Source: Marsupella aquatica (lineage: Eukaryota; Plantae; Marchantiophyta). From it: a stretch of DNA of 64,000 nt. Both the position numbers and the translations under genes were made by a program. Positions 23,089-34,778 of the stretch are shown here, piece by piece. The notes under the pieces were generated by a model. That model did not search any database and was not told the DNA's origin. It saw only the letters and a list, made by a program, of their open reading frames with translations. Position 1 is the first letter of the stretch. Each line of letters begins with the position of its first letter. The stretch spans positions 13,036,359 to 13,100,358 of the forward strand of contig OZ316893.1 in the NCBI GenBank assembly GCA_973895155.1, in the 5' to 3' direction.

Positions 23089-26000
23089 ATGGCTACCCAG
23101 TTTGTAAAACTATTGCACAAGAAAAGAGATGTGGTGACTGATGGGAAAGATGAAGAACCTATAGCTGTGTTGGCCTTCAAAGAGGGACAAACTTTAGCTG
23201 ATTTTTGAAGTCGAATTCCTGATTTGGATGATTTTGATTTTGATTTCTGGGATTATAGGCTTCCTGGTCGCATGAAAGTCAAGAGTGAGAAAATGATTGA
23301 GTTGTCTGAATTGGATGGGAAAGTTGCTGTCATTGAACAAATAGGATCCTTGCCGACTGGTAGAACACAGTTTCCATCAGTATCTCCTACTGTCACCCAA
23401 TCGGCTGTAGTGAACTCTTTACAGGGTGAACAGCTTCATGAAGCTCCCCCTATGAGAGCTTCTTTTGAGTCTCTTCTCATGTCTCAGTCGGCTGTCAAAG
23501 TCTAGAATGATGAATATATAAGACTAGAGAAGTGGATTCACAAGAATGGTTATAAAGCTCATAATTGGAGAATTCAAACTTGGGATGAAGGACAGGATGT
23601 GAGAGGCCATCTAGAGTGTCTTGAGTGCAGAGTGATCTATGGGAGGGCAGACAATTCACAAGATAAGAAGTCAATTGCTAATTTGTTCAGCAATTTTAAG
23701 ACCAAGCACCTTGCCTTTGCTAAACACAAAGACAATTACTACAGGAGAAGGGGCATTGCTATGACTAGGGTCAAGCCCTCAGATCTTGCACAGAAGCCTG
23801 AGTTTGATTATGAGGGGGCCATAGCAACTGGCCTAGAGATAGTCCAGACTCTGAATGTTGAGTGTGGAGGTGATGATGAGCTATTTCATGTGCCCCCTGT
23901 GCCTGGTGTAGCCAATAATGCAAACAAGTGGTTCCTTTATAAGGTTCGTTGTAAAATCTGTGGGGCAATCATGGATTTGGTTTGTAAGAAAGGGACTTTG
24001 GACCACAACCTGAGGACACACTTGGTCAGTCGGGGTCATCTGGATGTAGTTGAAGCCAGAGAGAATACTACTGAACTTGCATTGAGATCTGGAAAGAGGG
24101 GCAGACCAAGGAAGCCAGATGAGAGGGATCAACATCCTTCACAGAATTCAATTTTAAAATTCTTCAAGGAGGATGCTTCCAATGCAAGCAGTAGCTCTGG
24201 CACAGGTGGGTCTATAGACATTGATGTGGGCTTAAGTTTGCTCTGTTGGGGAATATGGGATGAATTTGTAGAGTGGAAGAATGTGAAATATGCTGTGAAA
24301 GGTATCTTGCATGATCAACGTGGTGGACATGTATGGGATTTAGATGTTGCAGCCTCTGTTCATGTCTACAATCCCGTCACCAATTCTATTGTACATATAG
24401 AAGGACTATTTAGGCATAAACATTGCTGTAGGTTGTCCTTGTATGGTGGAGGGTTTCTGAACCTTACTTGCAGTAGATGTCATGCTATAACACTAGAAGA
24501 TGACTTTTGTGGGCGGGTGCACAGGGAAGCGGAGGCTTTAGCAAAGAGAGGGGGAAGAAGCACAGAGGATGGTTTGAATGCACGTTATTTGACACGTCCA
24601 GAGTTGACCACACAGATGCATGGTCTGAATGTCAAGAGAAGAAAGGAGAGATGGTTGTTGGCACAACAGACTCAAAAAGTGTGTGCCCTTAGTACTAGGA
24701 AGAGAAAATTGCAGGAACTGTTAGGAGTAGCTGCAGACAGAAAAGATTTGAGACTTTTTCTAAAAAATATTGTCAATGGTCATAGGAATGGTGCATTTGG
24801 TGGAAAAGAAGGTCTTTGGGATTTTTTGAAGGATGTAAGTAGAAATTTGGAGAGAAGTGCAAGGGGGTTTCGTTACAGTCAAAAAACAAAAGCCATAGCT
24901 CAGGCTATGTTTCAGTATGGGGGCCGGCAGGTGGCCCATGTTTTTGCAAGAAATTTAGCTGGGCCAAGCCTGAAGACATTGAAAAGAGATAGAGCAAAAT
25001 TTGTGCAATTTCGTGCTGGAATTAGACCAAAAACATTCAAGGAGGTGGCTCGGATTTTGTCTGCTGCAAAGGAGATGCTAGGAATTCAAGGCGATGTACC
25101 TATCATGCTTGCAGAGGATGAAACTAGGATAAAGGAAAGCCCAAGGTATGTTTGTATATCATAGCATTTGAAGCTTATTTGTGATACATGTAGACTTTTT
25201 ACTAATTCTTTATATCTGACTTACTTTTCATTGGGCTCTATGCAGGTGGGAGGCCAAGTATGACACTCTGATTGGTTTCTGTGGCCATAAGGATGAGCAT
25301 ACCTGTGAATTTGGACTGGAGATTCTTGTAGGTGACGGTGAGGATGGCTATAATAAGATTGTAAATACATTTGAGGATTATAACAAGGGCATGTATGCTA
25401 GAGTTGTCATTGTCAATCCATTGCATGTTGGAATGCCAAAGTTGGCCCTCTGTGCTATATCTACCTGTAACAAGTTCAAGGCAGAATGGGTTCGAGAGCA
25501 TTGGGTGCAATTAAAAGAATCTTGGGATGTGCACTACAGAGACTTTGTAGTCCTTTGCTTGGGCATGCTAGTGATGGTGATGCAAGACGTAGGAAATTGA
25601 TGCTAGAAGACTATAGAGGAGCAAATGGCTCTTACCCTAGATTCTGTGTAGGGTGGGAAGGATGGCCATATTCAGTTGCCATATTGCCTAATGGGGACCT
25701 ATACGGTTTTGGTGATCAAGACCAGCCTCACAATGGGAAAAAGTTGATTAACCCACTAGATCGAGTGTCCTCAATAATGGCACTTGGAGACCAACATGCT
25801 TCTTTGTTTCATGTTTGTAATGTGTACAATCGCTATGCAATTCATCAACATGGATTAAATTGGGATGATGTGAACAGATCTGATCGTCAAAATTGGGCTG
25901 GTCCCCAAATAATAGCATCCGAAAAGGTGCGTGATTGCTTAGCAAATCTGCATGTAAGAACTGATCTATCGTATGAGCGAAGTTTGGGGACAGAGTTGTA

Positions 26001-27648
26001 TCTGCAGGTCTGTGCAGATTACATTGACATTTTCTACTCCCAAAGATATAACCTGAGAACCAGAGTGAAGCTGGCAGGCAAAGTATCTTGGTTCTTTCGA
26101 TTGTGGAGGTTGTGGTTGAGGTACGGTGATCATGCTGTTGGTGGAAATATTGCTTCACATACAGAGAAAAATATGATTTCAATCCAAGCTTTTCATGATG
26201 TTAATATGTCTTGTCAATTTGTTGTGTTGCTTGTGTGTGCATTTTGTGATAAGTTTTCTCACTTGTGTATTCCATTTCATGAATTGGGTTCTGATTGTTG
26301 TGAGATCTTTTTCAGCAAGGTAGGTGGAATGAGTGGCCATGAGAGGAATTATGATTTTGGCTCTTTGTTGGATAGTGCTGTTGGGTTGAATCGTCTTGCT
26401 GGATTAGAATGTGGACCAGAGGGCTTAAAAGTAGCTCGCTCACATAAGAAGCAAGATCATGTGTGGGCCAAGCTTCATCCTTTACTTGAAGGTGAAGATG
26501 CACCTAATCTTTTTGATTACTCTGGAGTGCAAACTAATGAGTTGGTGGTTGCAGCATTGAAAGAAGGATTCGAAGAAGCAAAAGAGTTGCTAAGAAGGTT
26601 ACAAATGTCTCCCTGGAGTGATCTTCTAGCAGCAAGAAAGCGATGGTGGACTCACCCTTGGGATGTGGAAGTTGAAACATGGCCAGATTCAGCTGTAATA
26701 GAAGAGGTAGTTGTTGCTGATGATTCTGAAGAGCATGTAGAGCACAGATCTCCAATTGGACCTCGTCCAGAAGGAGAGTTTCATGAATTTGAAGATCCTG
26801 AGGAAGATCTAAATCGAATTGATGCATGGTTGACAGATGAGTTAACCATTCCTGATGATGTTTTGCAGGATGGGGCTGAGTTAGACATACCAGAACCTCA
26901 TTCTGTAGAGGTAGATACTTTGGGGCATGAGGTTCGTCATGTTCTATCTTCTGTTGTGGCTGAGCTTACAGAGTCTATTTAGAGCCCTGTGCAGGAAAAG
27001 AAGAAGGTTTTGCCTACAATTACCTATGAGGGCAGAACAATTTACAAATCAACTTTGGTGAGTCAACTAGTGGGCAATCCTCATTTGTCTAAAGATAGGC
27101 TAACAAGGGTGAAGCAAGTGGCATACTATAATCTTGGTAAGAGAAAAAAATGTGATCCAAATACTGTGACTTGTTTTGTTGATGTTGGGAGTGATTGTGG
27201 AGTAGCTTTTGAAAGTGCTAATGATGCAGGCCCTTCTACAAGATCAAAGAAGGGGAAAGGTAAGGGAAGAGGTAAATCTAGGATTCAAGAGCCAGTAGTG
27301 CAAGCAAAGAAAGAATTTTGGGTTGGTCGGATTATGATGATGAGACAGAAAGTTAAGGGACAATGGACTAGAGTGAGATCTGCTATTGATTTGCTTGACA
27401 GACCAACACCTCCTCATGGACACGAAGGGAGTATTTGTCAGTTCTTGTTCAATTGGTATAAGCCAACAAGCTCAAGCAAAGTTGAATTCACTTATGATAC
27501 AACTGATTTACAATGGATTGATATAGAAATGGTGATGATTAATGTTACTCTAACCATGAAACAAGGGATTGGTTTAGTGTATGTGTTAGATCGAGTTGAT
27601 AAACAAGCTTTGGATACTTATTTGGAGACCATGTCTAGAGTTGAATGA
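23089..27648 (+). pseudogene. Large P-element/THAP9-like DDE transposase gene with N-terminal C2H2 zinc fingers and an AT-hook
   Basis: ATG at 23089; stops at 23206, 23503 and 26980; GT-AG intron at 25146-25245; frameshift near 25548. Motifs: CLEC..H..H, CKIC..H..H, KRGRPRK, GFRYS...GPSLKTLKR, LAEDETRIK...YDTLIGFCG, HASDGD, DQPHNGKKLINPL (DxxH), DRQNW, ADYIDIF, LGSDCCEIFFS. Confidence 0.75.
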
Positions 27649-27693
27649 TTTGCATGCATCAATAGTCATGGTAGCGGTTTTAGTATGTAAGAT

Positions 27694-29121
27694 GTGAGAG
27701 TGTTGGAATATCTATGCAGTAGTTCTATTGTTGGCAGTGTTGATGCCAAGGAACGTGATAGGGTTCTACAGAGAGCCAAGAGGTTTCGATGGGAGGGAAA
27801 CCATCTTTTTAGAGTACTGCATGATGGTAGGATGTTGGTGGTACCAAAACCATCACAACGAGTACATTTGGTGCAACATGCGCACGAGGAGTTGAGTCAC
27901 TTTGGTGTGAAGCGCACTTACAGCTTGCTGCAGACACAGTATTGGTAGCGTGGTATGCACACTCATGTCCAGCAGTTGATAGCTAAGTGTGTGGTATGTG
28001 ATAGAGTGAGAGCATTATTTAATGCTCCCACTCCCCAGTTGCACCCGTTACCGATCATGGGTTTGGGATATCGTTGGAGTTTGGATTTTGCTGGTCCATT
28101 ACCTCTTACCCAACGCCATAATCGGTATGTTTTGGTCATGGTGGAACACTTCTCCAAGTGGATTGAGCTAGTGGCATTGCCAGATAAAGCCAGTGGAGGA
28201 GTTGCTGCTACATTTTTGGATCGTGTACTCAGTCATTTTGGAGCACCAGCTGAGGTGTTGACTGATCAGGGAACTGAGTTCCGTGGAGAGTTTGAGAGTT
28301 TGTATGAACAAGCTCTGATTGATCATCGTACTACCTCTCGTGATCATCCTGAGGCAGATGGATTAGTTGAGAGAGTTGTGCAAACTGTGAAGAGAGGATT
28401 GCGTAAGTAGGGCTTGCAGGTTGGTCATCTGGGAGATTGGGATCTCCAGCTACCTTGGTTAGCTATGGGCTACCATTTCAGTCGGCAAGCATCACTTGCA
28501 TCCTTCTCACCCTACTTTTTGCTCTATGGTAGAGAGCCAGATTTGCTAGCAGCTATTCGTCGTGATGCTGCACCAGTTGTGAACTTGGATGATCCTGATA
28601 TTTGGGTCAAGGTGTGTTCAGAGAGAGCATGGGTATTTCAGAGAGTGATGCCCATGGCTTTTGACAACCTTGCCATTGCCCAACATTGTGATACTTTGAG
28701 GTATGCCACTATTCGTGGAGGAGGTTACCGTGCAAGCATTCGATGATTTCATTCTGGTGATTATGTTTATTTGCAGCAGACAGCACCCACGACACTTGAT
28801 GTGACCGCAGGCCGGACAATCTTACGTGTACGTGAAGTGTTGCCTTCTGGTGTCCTGATGTTGGAGGGACGCGATGGTATGGTTTGGAAGGATCATGTGC
28901 GCAACTGTGCACCATGTCACCTTCCCAACATTGATGGTACAGTAGATCCAAGCTTGGCACATGTTCGTGCTGGCTTGAAATATATGTTGTGTGGATCTGC
29001 TCAGGGAGCAGCTACTATGTTGATTTGTGATAAGTGTTCTAGAGGATGGCACATGTCATGTTTGACACCACCATTGCAGGTGATTCCTAGTGGATCATGG
29101 TTGTGTCCTCAGTGTCGGTGA
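27694..29121 (+). pseudogene. Ty3 integrase (H2C2 + rve core) with C-terminal PHD finger
   Basis: HEELSHFG...CVVC; WSLDFAGP, LTDQGTEF, DGLVER. One frame through stops at 27946, 28408 and 28744. Ends [Y]MLCGSAQGAATMLICDKCSRGWHMSCLTPPLQVIPSGSWLCPQCR*, a C4HC3 finger with the first Cys changed to Tyr. Confidence 0.93.
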
Positions 29122-29285
29122 AGCCGACTAGTTATCATTTGTGTTCTCTTGGCAGATATGGATTGCAGGTAGGTGATCGATGGGGCTCACTTGCACCCGG
29201 CCTCCTGATCTTCACACCTAAAAAGGTGTATATCAACCTTGTAGAACTCATGGCTAGCTAGAGTTAGGGGACCTTACTCCCAGTT

Positions 29286-29295
29286 AGGGGGGCGA
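29286..29295 (+). promoter_or_regulatory. Polypurine tract preceding the putative 3' LTR start (TGTGG at 29297)
   Basis: AGGGGGGCGA about 165 bp after the pol stop, followed by T-TGTGGG. Confidence 0.55.
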
Positions 29296-30498
29296 TTGTG
29301 GGTTTTGGACATGTGTGGACATGAGTTTCACTTGTATTCCATTCTCTTGTGTTTGTGATGTGGCAGCGTGACTATGTTTGGATGTATGTGACAAGCGATG
29401 TATGTTGTGTAGCGATATGTATGCGCACGACAAGGATCATGAGATTAAATTCACCATGAGAAGAAACAGACAAGTACAATAAGAAAAACTATGTTGGTAG
29501 TAGATGACTAAGACAACCATCGATCGCATGAGGTCTCGCACTATCTGACACTCTTAATTTGTTGAAGAAAGATTGACCGACACCGTACAAGATCAAGAAG
29601 CCAATCAAGATCAAATTCACGAGAATCATAGAAAATCACAAAATAAATAGGGATTCACAAACTAATTATTACTTTGAATGTAACAATGATGAAGGGGAAA
29701 GACAACTTTGTGAATTACCACATGCCAAGCCAAATCTTGAAGCATGCGCACAAAAGTTATCCTTTCCTTCAAGTTGTTTACATTTATACTTCAATCTATG
29801 TGATACCTATAATTTAGATATTATTTTTAAATCAAGTAAAAAAATTCACAAGGAATCAAAATATCCATGTAAAATATCTTATGTTGAACCAAAACTCCAA
29901 ACATGCGTGGAGATAGGTAATCTCATCAGTTACCAGTCACTTTCATCAGTCAACTTGATATCAGCTGCCACCTCATCTCAGGGAGGCCGCTAGGGTTGGC
30001 GGTGCGAGAAAAAAAATGGAGATTTTGTTTTGAATTTTAAAAAAAAATTGAGGAAAAAAAGCTCTATTTCAAAATTGTTTTTGCCATGGGGCGCCCGTAT
30101 CGTACAAACACCTCATCTTGGCGAGGCCAACCGAGATGGGAGAAAAAAAATTCTGAATTTTTTTATTGGAATACTTTTCCTTTTTTCCGGTCCGTACACT
30201 CATCTCGGTGAGGTCAGCCGAGAATGAGTCAACCTCAACTGCCTAGCTGAGATGCACGGAGGTGCGAAGGCCCCATCTAAACTCCTCAGCTGAGATTCTA
30301 AATTTTTTTAGATAATTGATATCAGTTATTAGCTATTGATAACTGATAATGTTGTGTACCCCAACATGCGCACATGAAAATGAGGAAGAGTGAGGGGTGC
30401 TCAGCCTCTTATAGCCTCGGCCCGGCCCCATCCCCCCATCCCCCCCTCCCAAACCCCTTGCCTGTCCTTCCCTTCTCAAGCCCGACTCCATTTGCCAG

Positions 30499-31010
30499 AC
30501 AAGTCCAAAATGAGTCAAATGGTGTATAGGGGTTTCAAATTCTTTGGATCATGTGGAGTGTACACAAACATGATCATATTAAATGATAGACAATAAATTA
30601 ATATAAATGAACAAAAGCTAATTTTTGATATTTTTGTACTAAATAAATGGCATTAATGACTTTCTCACCCCCACATTAGTACATTACTATCGAGCCAGTA
30701 ATCATCAAAGTTACCCTCATGTCCCCCTATAATTTATAAAGTGCCCCTATGCTAGGAGTTTGCTAGGCAAGTCCAAAGAGGGTCAAATGGTGTATGGGGG
30801 TTGCTTTGGATCATGTACAAACATGATCATATTAAATGATATACAATAAATTAATATAAAGGGACAACAGCTAGATTGTGATATTTTAGTACTAAATAAA
30901 TGGCATTAATGACTTTGTCGCCCCCACATTAGTACATTACAATCGAGCCAGTAATCATCAAAGTTACTCTCCCCCCATAATTTATAAAGTGCCCATGCTA
31001 AGAGTTGACT
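30499..31010 (+). repeat. Tandem duplication of a ~250-270-bp AT-rich unit
   Basis: caagtccaaa...gtcaaatggtgtat...aaacatgatcatattaaatgata...cccccacattagtacattac...ataatttataaagtgccc occurs twice (about 30499-30766 and 30767-31010). Confidence 0.9.
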
Positions 31011-31479
31011 ACAGTAGCTGAGTGGTCCCTCACCTGTATTTGTTATTGTGGGCGCATCAATCGGAAATACGGTACAGCGTATCAAGCAAACTATGTGGAT
31101 GACTGTACTGTGATTCCACACCGTCGATTTCGCCCCACGTGTACGGACCAACGTGAATAGCATAAGCTGTTCTTGTGCGGAGTAGGGAAAGCAGGTCTCA
31201 GTTGGAAGATGGTTCCTGTAAAGATCTCTCTGTGTGTTACAAGAGGAGATGGGCTTGAGGTTTCCCGTCGACGCATGTCGAAGCGAAAAGTCGACAGCCC
31301 ACAGAAAGGCTTTCTCCGAAAGCAAAGGAAGAAAGGAAATGTGTCGCTCAGATTATAATTAGAGTGTAGACATTCGGGGTTTGCTTCTTCCGAATGATTG
31401 TTGTTGTGAATGATTCGAGACAGTCGGAGCTAAAATTGGAAGAGTAGCGATTTCCACTCAAGTCGAGTGCTCGAGATCC

Positions 31480-33690
31480 ATGGCGATGATGCGAGGTCCT
31501 GCCCTTTGGTCTCTCTTCGTGTTTGCGGTAGCGTTGGCGTGCTCGTCGAGCGTGAGCGCCAGCAAGGGCTCCGTTCTCCGGACAGTCCATAGCCCCAGCA
31601 AATGGTCCGTGTGCGGTAAGATTCTACTGGAGTTGATCGACCTTTTTTCTAGTACTTTCTCTGCATCTTCGATTGGGGTGTGCTGAAGGTTTGATTCGAA
31701 TTTTCTCGTCAGTGGAGCGAGAGCTAGGGTCTCGGAATCTGGCCTGGACAATAGAAATTTGCTTTTAATGGTTATGTGCCGTTTGAAGGGAGTCCGGATG
31801 GTGTTGGTGGAATTGCTGAGGTTATCGTCGGAAGGATTTGAGAATGAGAGTGGGCAGAGATGATTTTGTTATTAATTTGTTGAATACTTATGTCTAGGGG
31901 ACGTTGGATCCTATGGGAGTCCAATTGGGCGCCTAGGTATCTCAATTAGCGAATGATGGAGTCAGAAACTTATCAGAGGGTAGATTGGTTCGTGCGAAGG
32001 GCAGTTTCTCTCTAGGATGTGTTTATGTTACTGAACAGATATGGTGGATTTGACGAAGAAGTTCAGGCTTGTCGAGGGAGTTTGAATGGCAGGAAAATTG
32101 CTCTGAAGGGATCACTAGGCAAAGAGTCATTGGCTGTGTATTGTATTGATTGCTTCGTGTCAAAGATTTGTCTTTTACAATTCTTGCTTTTTGGTTCTTT
32201 GGTGAATGGATCCGTAGGGCAGCCCTCAAGGTACAGAAATTTAATGGTCAAACTATCAGACGTAACAGATGTTAGTTACTAACCTGTCTTCTTGCACATG
32301 CAGCTTCTAAAACCTATGCCGTGAAGATCGAGGATGTGCAGATATCGCCAGATCCCGTTGTTGCTGGACAGTTGGCTACCTTTACCATTCCTGCATACGC
32401 AAGTGAGGATTTGAAACTTTCATGATGTTTCGAGTTCATGTTGTTTCGAGTTCATGTTGAGACCTGCACTGTTCGTTTGGAATAGAATTGACACATGGTC
32501 AGACTGCGGTGATCAGTTTTTCTAATCTATGAAAGGTTTGTCTGGGTTCTCTTTCCTCAGGTGATATTCTTGTGATATTGTAGACAGCCTCTCCCTGCGT
32601 AAGCCTTGTAGTGTCTGTGCCCATCACCTCGTTTCTGCAGTATGTGTTAGGGAATGTGGGATTATTAGTGGCGGTCATTGTTTATGGCTGTTGCTGAATT
32701 GATCTTGCGGAAAGTTCGGTACTTTGACAGATTTAATGATGTCTTCCGTGGTCCGTTTAGAAACTATGGCTTTTTGTATTCTCGTCTCCGTAGTTTTCTC
32801 GGTCAGGATTAGTGGTGAAAAAGTCTTTAAGGAAAAAATTTCTTACGCAAAGCAGAGATGTGGCAAGGGCATGTCAGAAAGGTTCTTCACCACCTCAAAG
32901 TTTTTCCAATTGGTTGGGATAACATATGCGCATCTATTTGTTCGGCCATTGTTGCCTCTAATGTTTGGGCTTCCCGTTCAGATGAGGAACTCGAGGGAGG
33001 GACAGTTGTGGTGACCGTAAGCTTCTTGGGAATAAACGTGCATACAGAGAAAGATGATCTCTGTGCGAAGTCTAATTGTCCAATCAAAGGAGAGTTCACG
33101 TTGAACAGTGCAGAGTTCCTGCCGCAATTTACCCCTCCTGTAAGTGATTGTGGTCTTTATCTCAATGAAAGACATGCCCCTGTGCAACTCGCTCTACTTC
33201 ATGCTCAGAGGCTTAGTAAAGCATTACCTGCCATTCATAAGTGGTATCCTAAAGTGCCTTCTTTGTGGTCGATTTGATATTTGTGCATCTTTAGATTCTC
33301 TGTCTTGCATGGTTGAGTTAAGTGTCGCTGGCTTAAATTTGGCAATTAACGTATGTATCTCTTCAAGACAAGCTACAGTTATACCTCTTTACTGTGATCA
33401 CCTTCGACCTCTCAAGACGGGCCGGGCCGAGCTACGAAACTCAAAACTGCACTGTTCAATTTTAGGGCGGTGTGTATTACTAGTGTTCATCAGTTGTTGA
33501 TCATCGGTTTTTGGTTTGACAGGGTTCATACAAGCTGAAGTTTCAGGTCTTGGACTCTGCTGGTAAGGAGCTGACGTGTGCATCTATTAGCTTCAGCATT
33601 GTGTGGAGGTCTCAGTTTGAGCAGCTTGCTGAGGCTACATCAGAATTGCAGAAGAGGTTGCGCATGCGACCATTGAAAGCCCTCATGTAA
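31480..33690 (+). CDS. ML-domain (MD-2-related lipid recognition / NPC2-like) secreted protein, 4 exons
   Basis: Exons 31480-31615, 32304-32402, 32982-33139 and 33523-33690, all GT-AG and in phase. Signal peptide, then WSVC...VKIEDVQISPDPVVAG...DLCAKSNCPIKG...PQFTPPGSYKLK...GKELTCASISF. Confidence 0.92.
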
Positions 33691-34778
33691 AGTCTTGAAG
33701 AAGACGGTGATTTGAGTCAGTGAAAGCTCCTTAAGAATGAGAAGTGGACATTGTTTATAGCAACTGTTCCTGACGTATGAGACAGTTTCTTCTCTTTCCT
33801 TGGTTAGATTTACACGCTCGTGTCACCTGTACCCCATGTAAAGACTAGTTCAGCATAATATACTATACAATACTAGGCTAGACTCATACTACACTGACTA
33901 TACTAGCACAAGAAGCTGACTCGACAGTGTTTTTAATTGTTGTACCATCTTCTTATAATTATACATCAGACTGAGGCTTGTGCTTTTGGTAGGGATGGGA
34001 TACAACAGCACACAAGATACTTTACAACAATATCACTGTGTGGGAATTTTTTGTCCTGCAGCCTGGGTGGCACTGATTGCATTTGGGTTGGTTCATTTGC
34101 ATGTGGTTGTGTGATGATGAATGTGATTGCCACATTGCTGGATATGGTCTCCCTTCATTAGCACAAAGTTGTCCATGCGTGTGAGAGGATGAGAGGCATG
34201 CCCAAAGCCAATTGCTTCTTTAGTTGTTCAGAAGGATTTTTATATTACTGTGGACCAAGCACCTGAGCATTGTCAACGAACTTTTGTGATTCTATTTCGA
34301 AAATCTAGAGACTTGTAGGAAAACATCCTGGAGTGTGACAATAGTGATTGCTGCATCTTCAATACTATTACCCCAGTAAGCGCCACTAATAAAATTAGAA
34401 TTCCTGTCCACAGATTTTGATTGGTCTTCTGGGTTCGTTTTGGGGTTGCTGGAGTATCACATCCAGTGAGGATGGTCATGCGCATCTCGAAGTCTACACG
34501 GGTTGTTGAAGCAAACAGTTTGCTGGGCAGAGACCAGGTGGTCGAAATATAGCAATCTTGGGGCATATGACATTGAGTATGATAGCGGCCTACAAAAAAT
34601 GGAATGTCTGGGTAAATTTACCCGTTTAACGGACGAGAATGCAGTTTCCAAGAGATTGACAATATCAAAAAACTAGGGGGAGTGCTTTTCAATTTTTGCT
34701 TGAAAAAATATGCTTGCTAGGATTTTGGGTTAAGTGGACCCCTCTAATGTTGTATGAGAACTTTAACGTGGTAAGAGA

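Larger units (their letters stand above)
18931..27690 (+). mobile_element. DNA transposon with P-element-like DDE transposase and EDM2-like PHD module; right end missing
   Basis: Left terminus CCCGGGGTCCTCACTT begins exactly where RT stops and is colinear with the end of the MITE at 52938-53231. Subterminal AAG.A.A.AGGG repeats; internal PHD and transposase ORFs. Confidence 0.75.
10980..29430 (+). mobile_element. Ty3/gypsy LTR retrotransposon carrying DNA cytosine methyltransferase and PHD domains, with two nested insertions (outer limits approximate)
   Basis: Domain order Gag-PR-DNMT-RT...INT(H2C2, rve)-PHD on the + strand; RT before INT is the Ty3/gypsy order. A polypurine tract lies at 29286-29295. 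Confidence 0.9.

Noticed and set aside
12630-29121. DIRS-type element (these can carry methyltransferase domains)
   Set aside because: The element has a DDE integrase and an aspartic protease, and no tyrosine recombinase.
29297-29430. Matching LTR pair usable for dating the Ty3 insertion
   Set aside because: No convincing direct repeat of this segment was found upstream of gag; both LTRs appear truncated.
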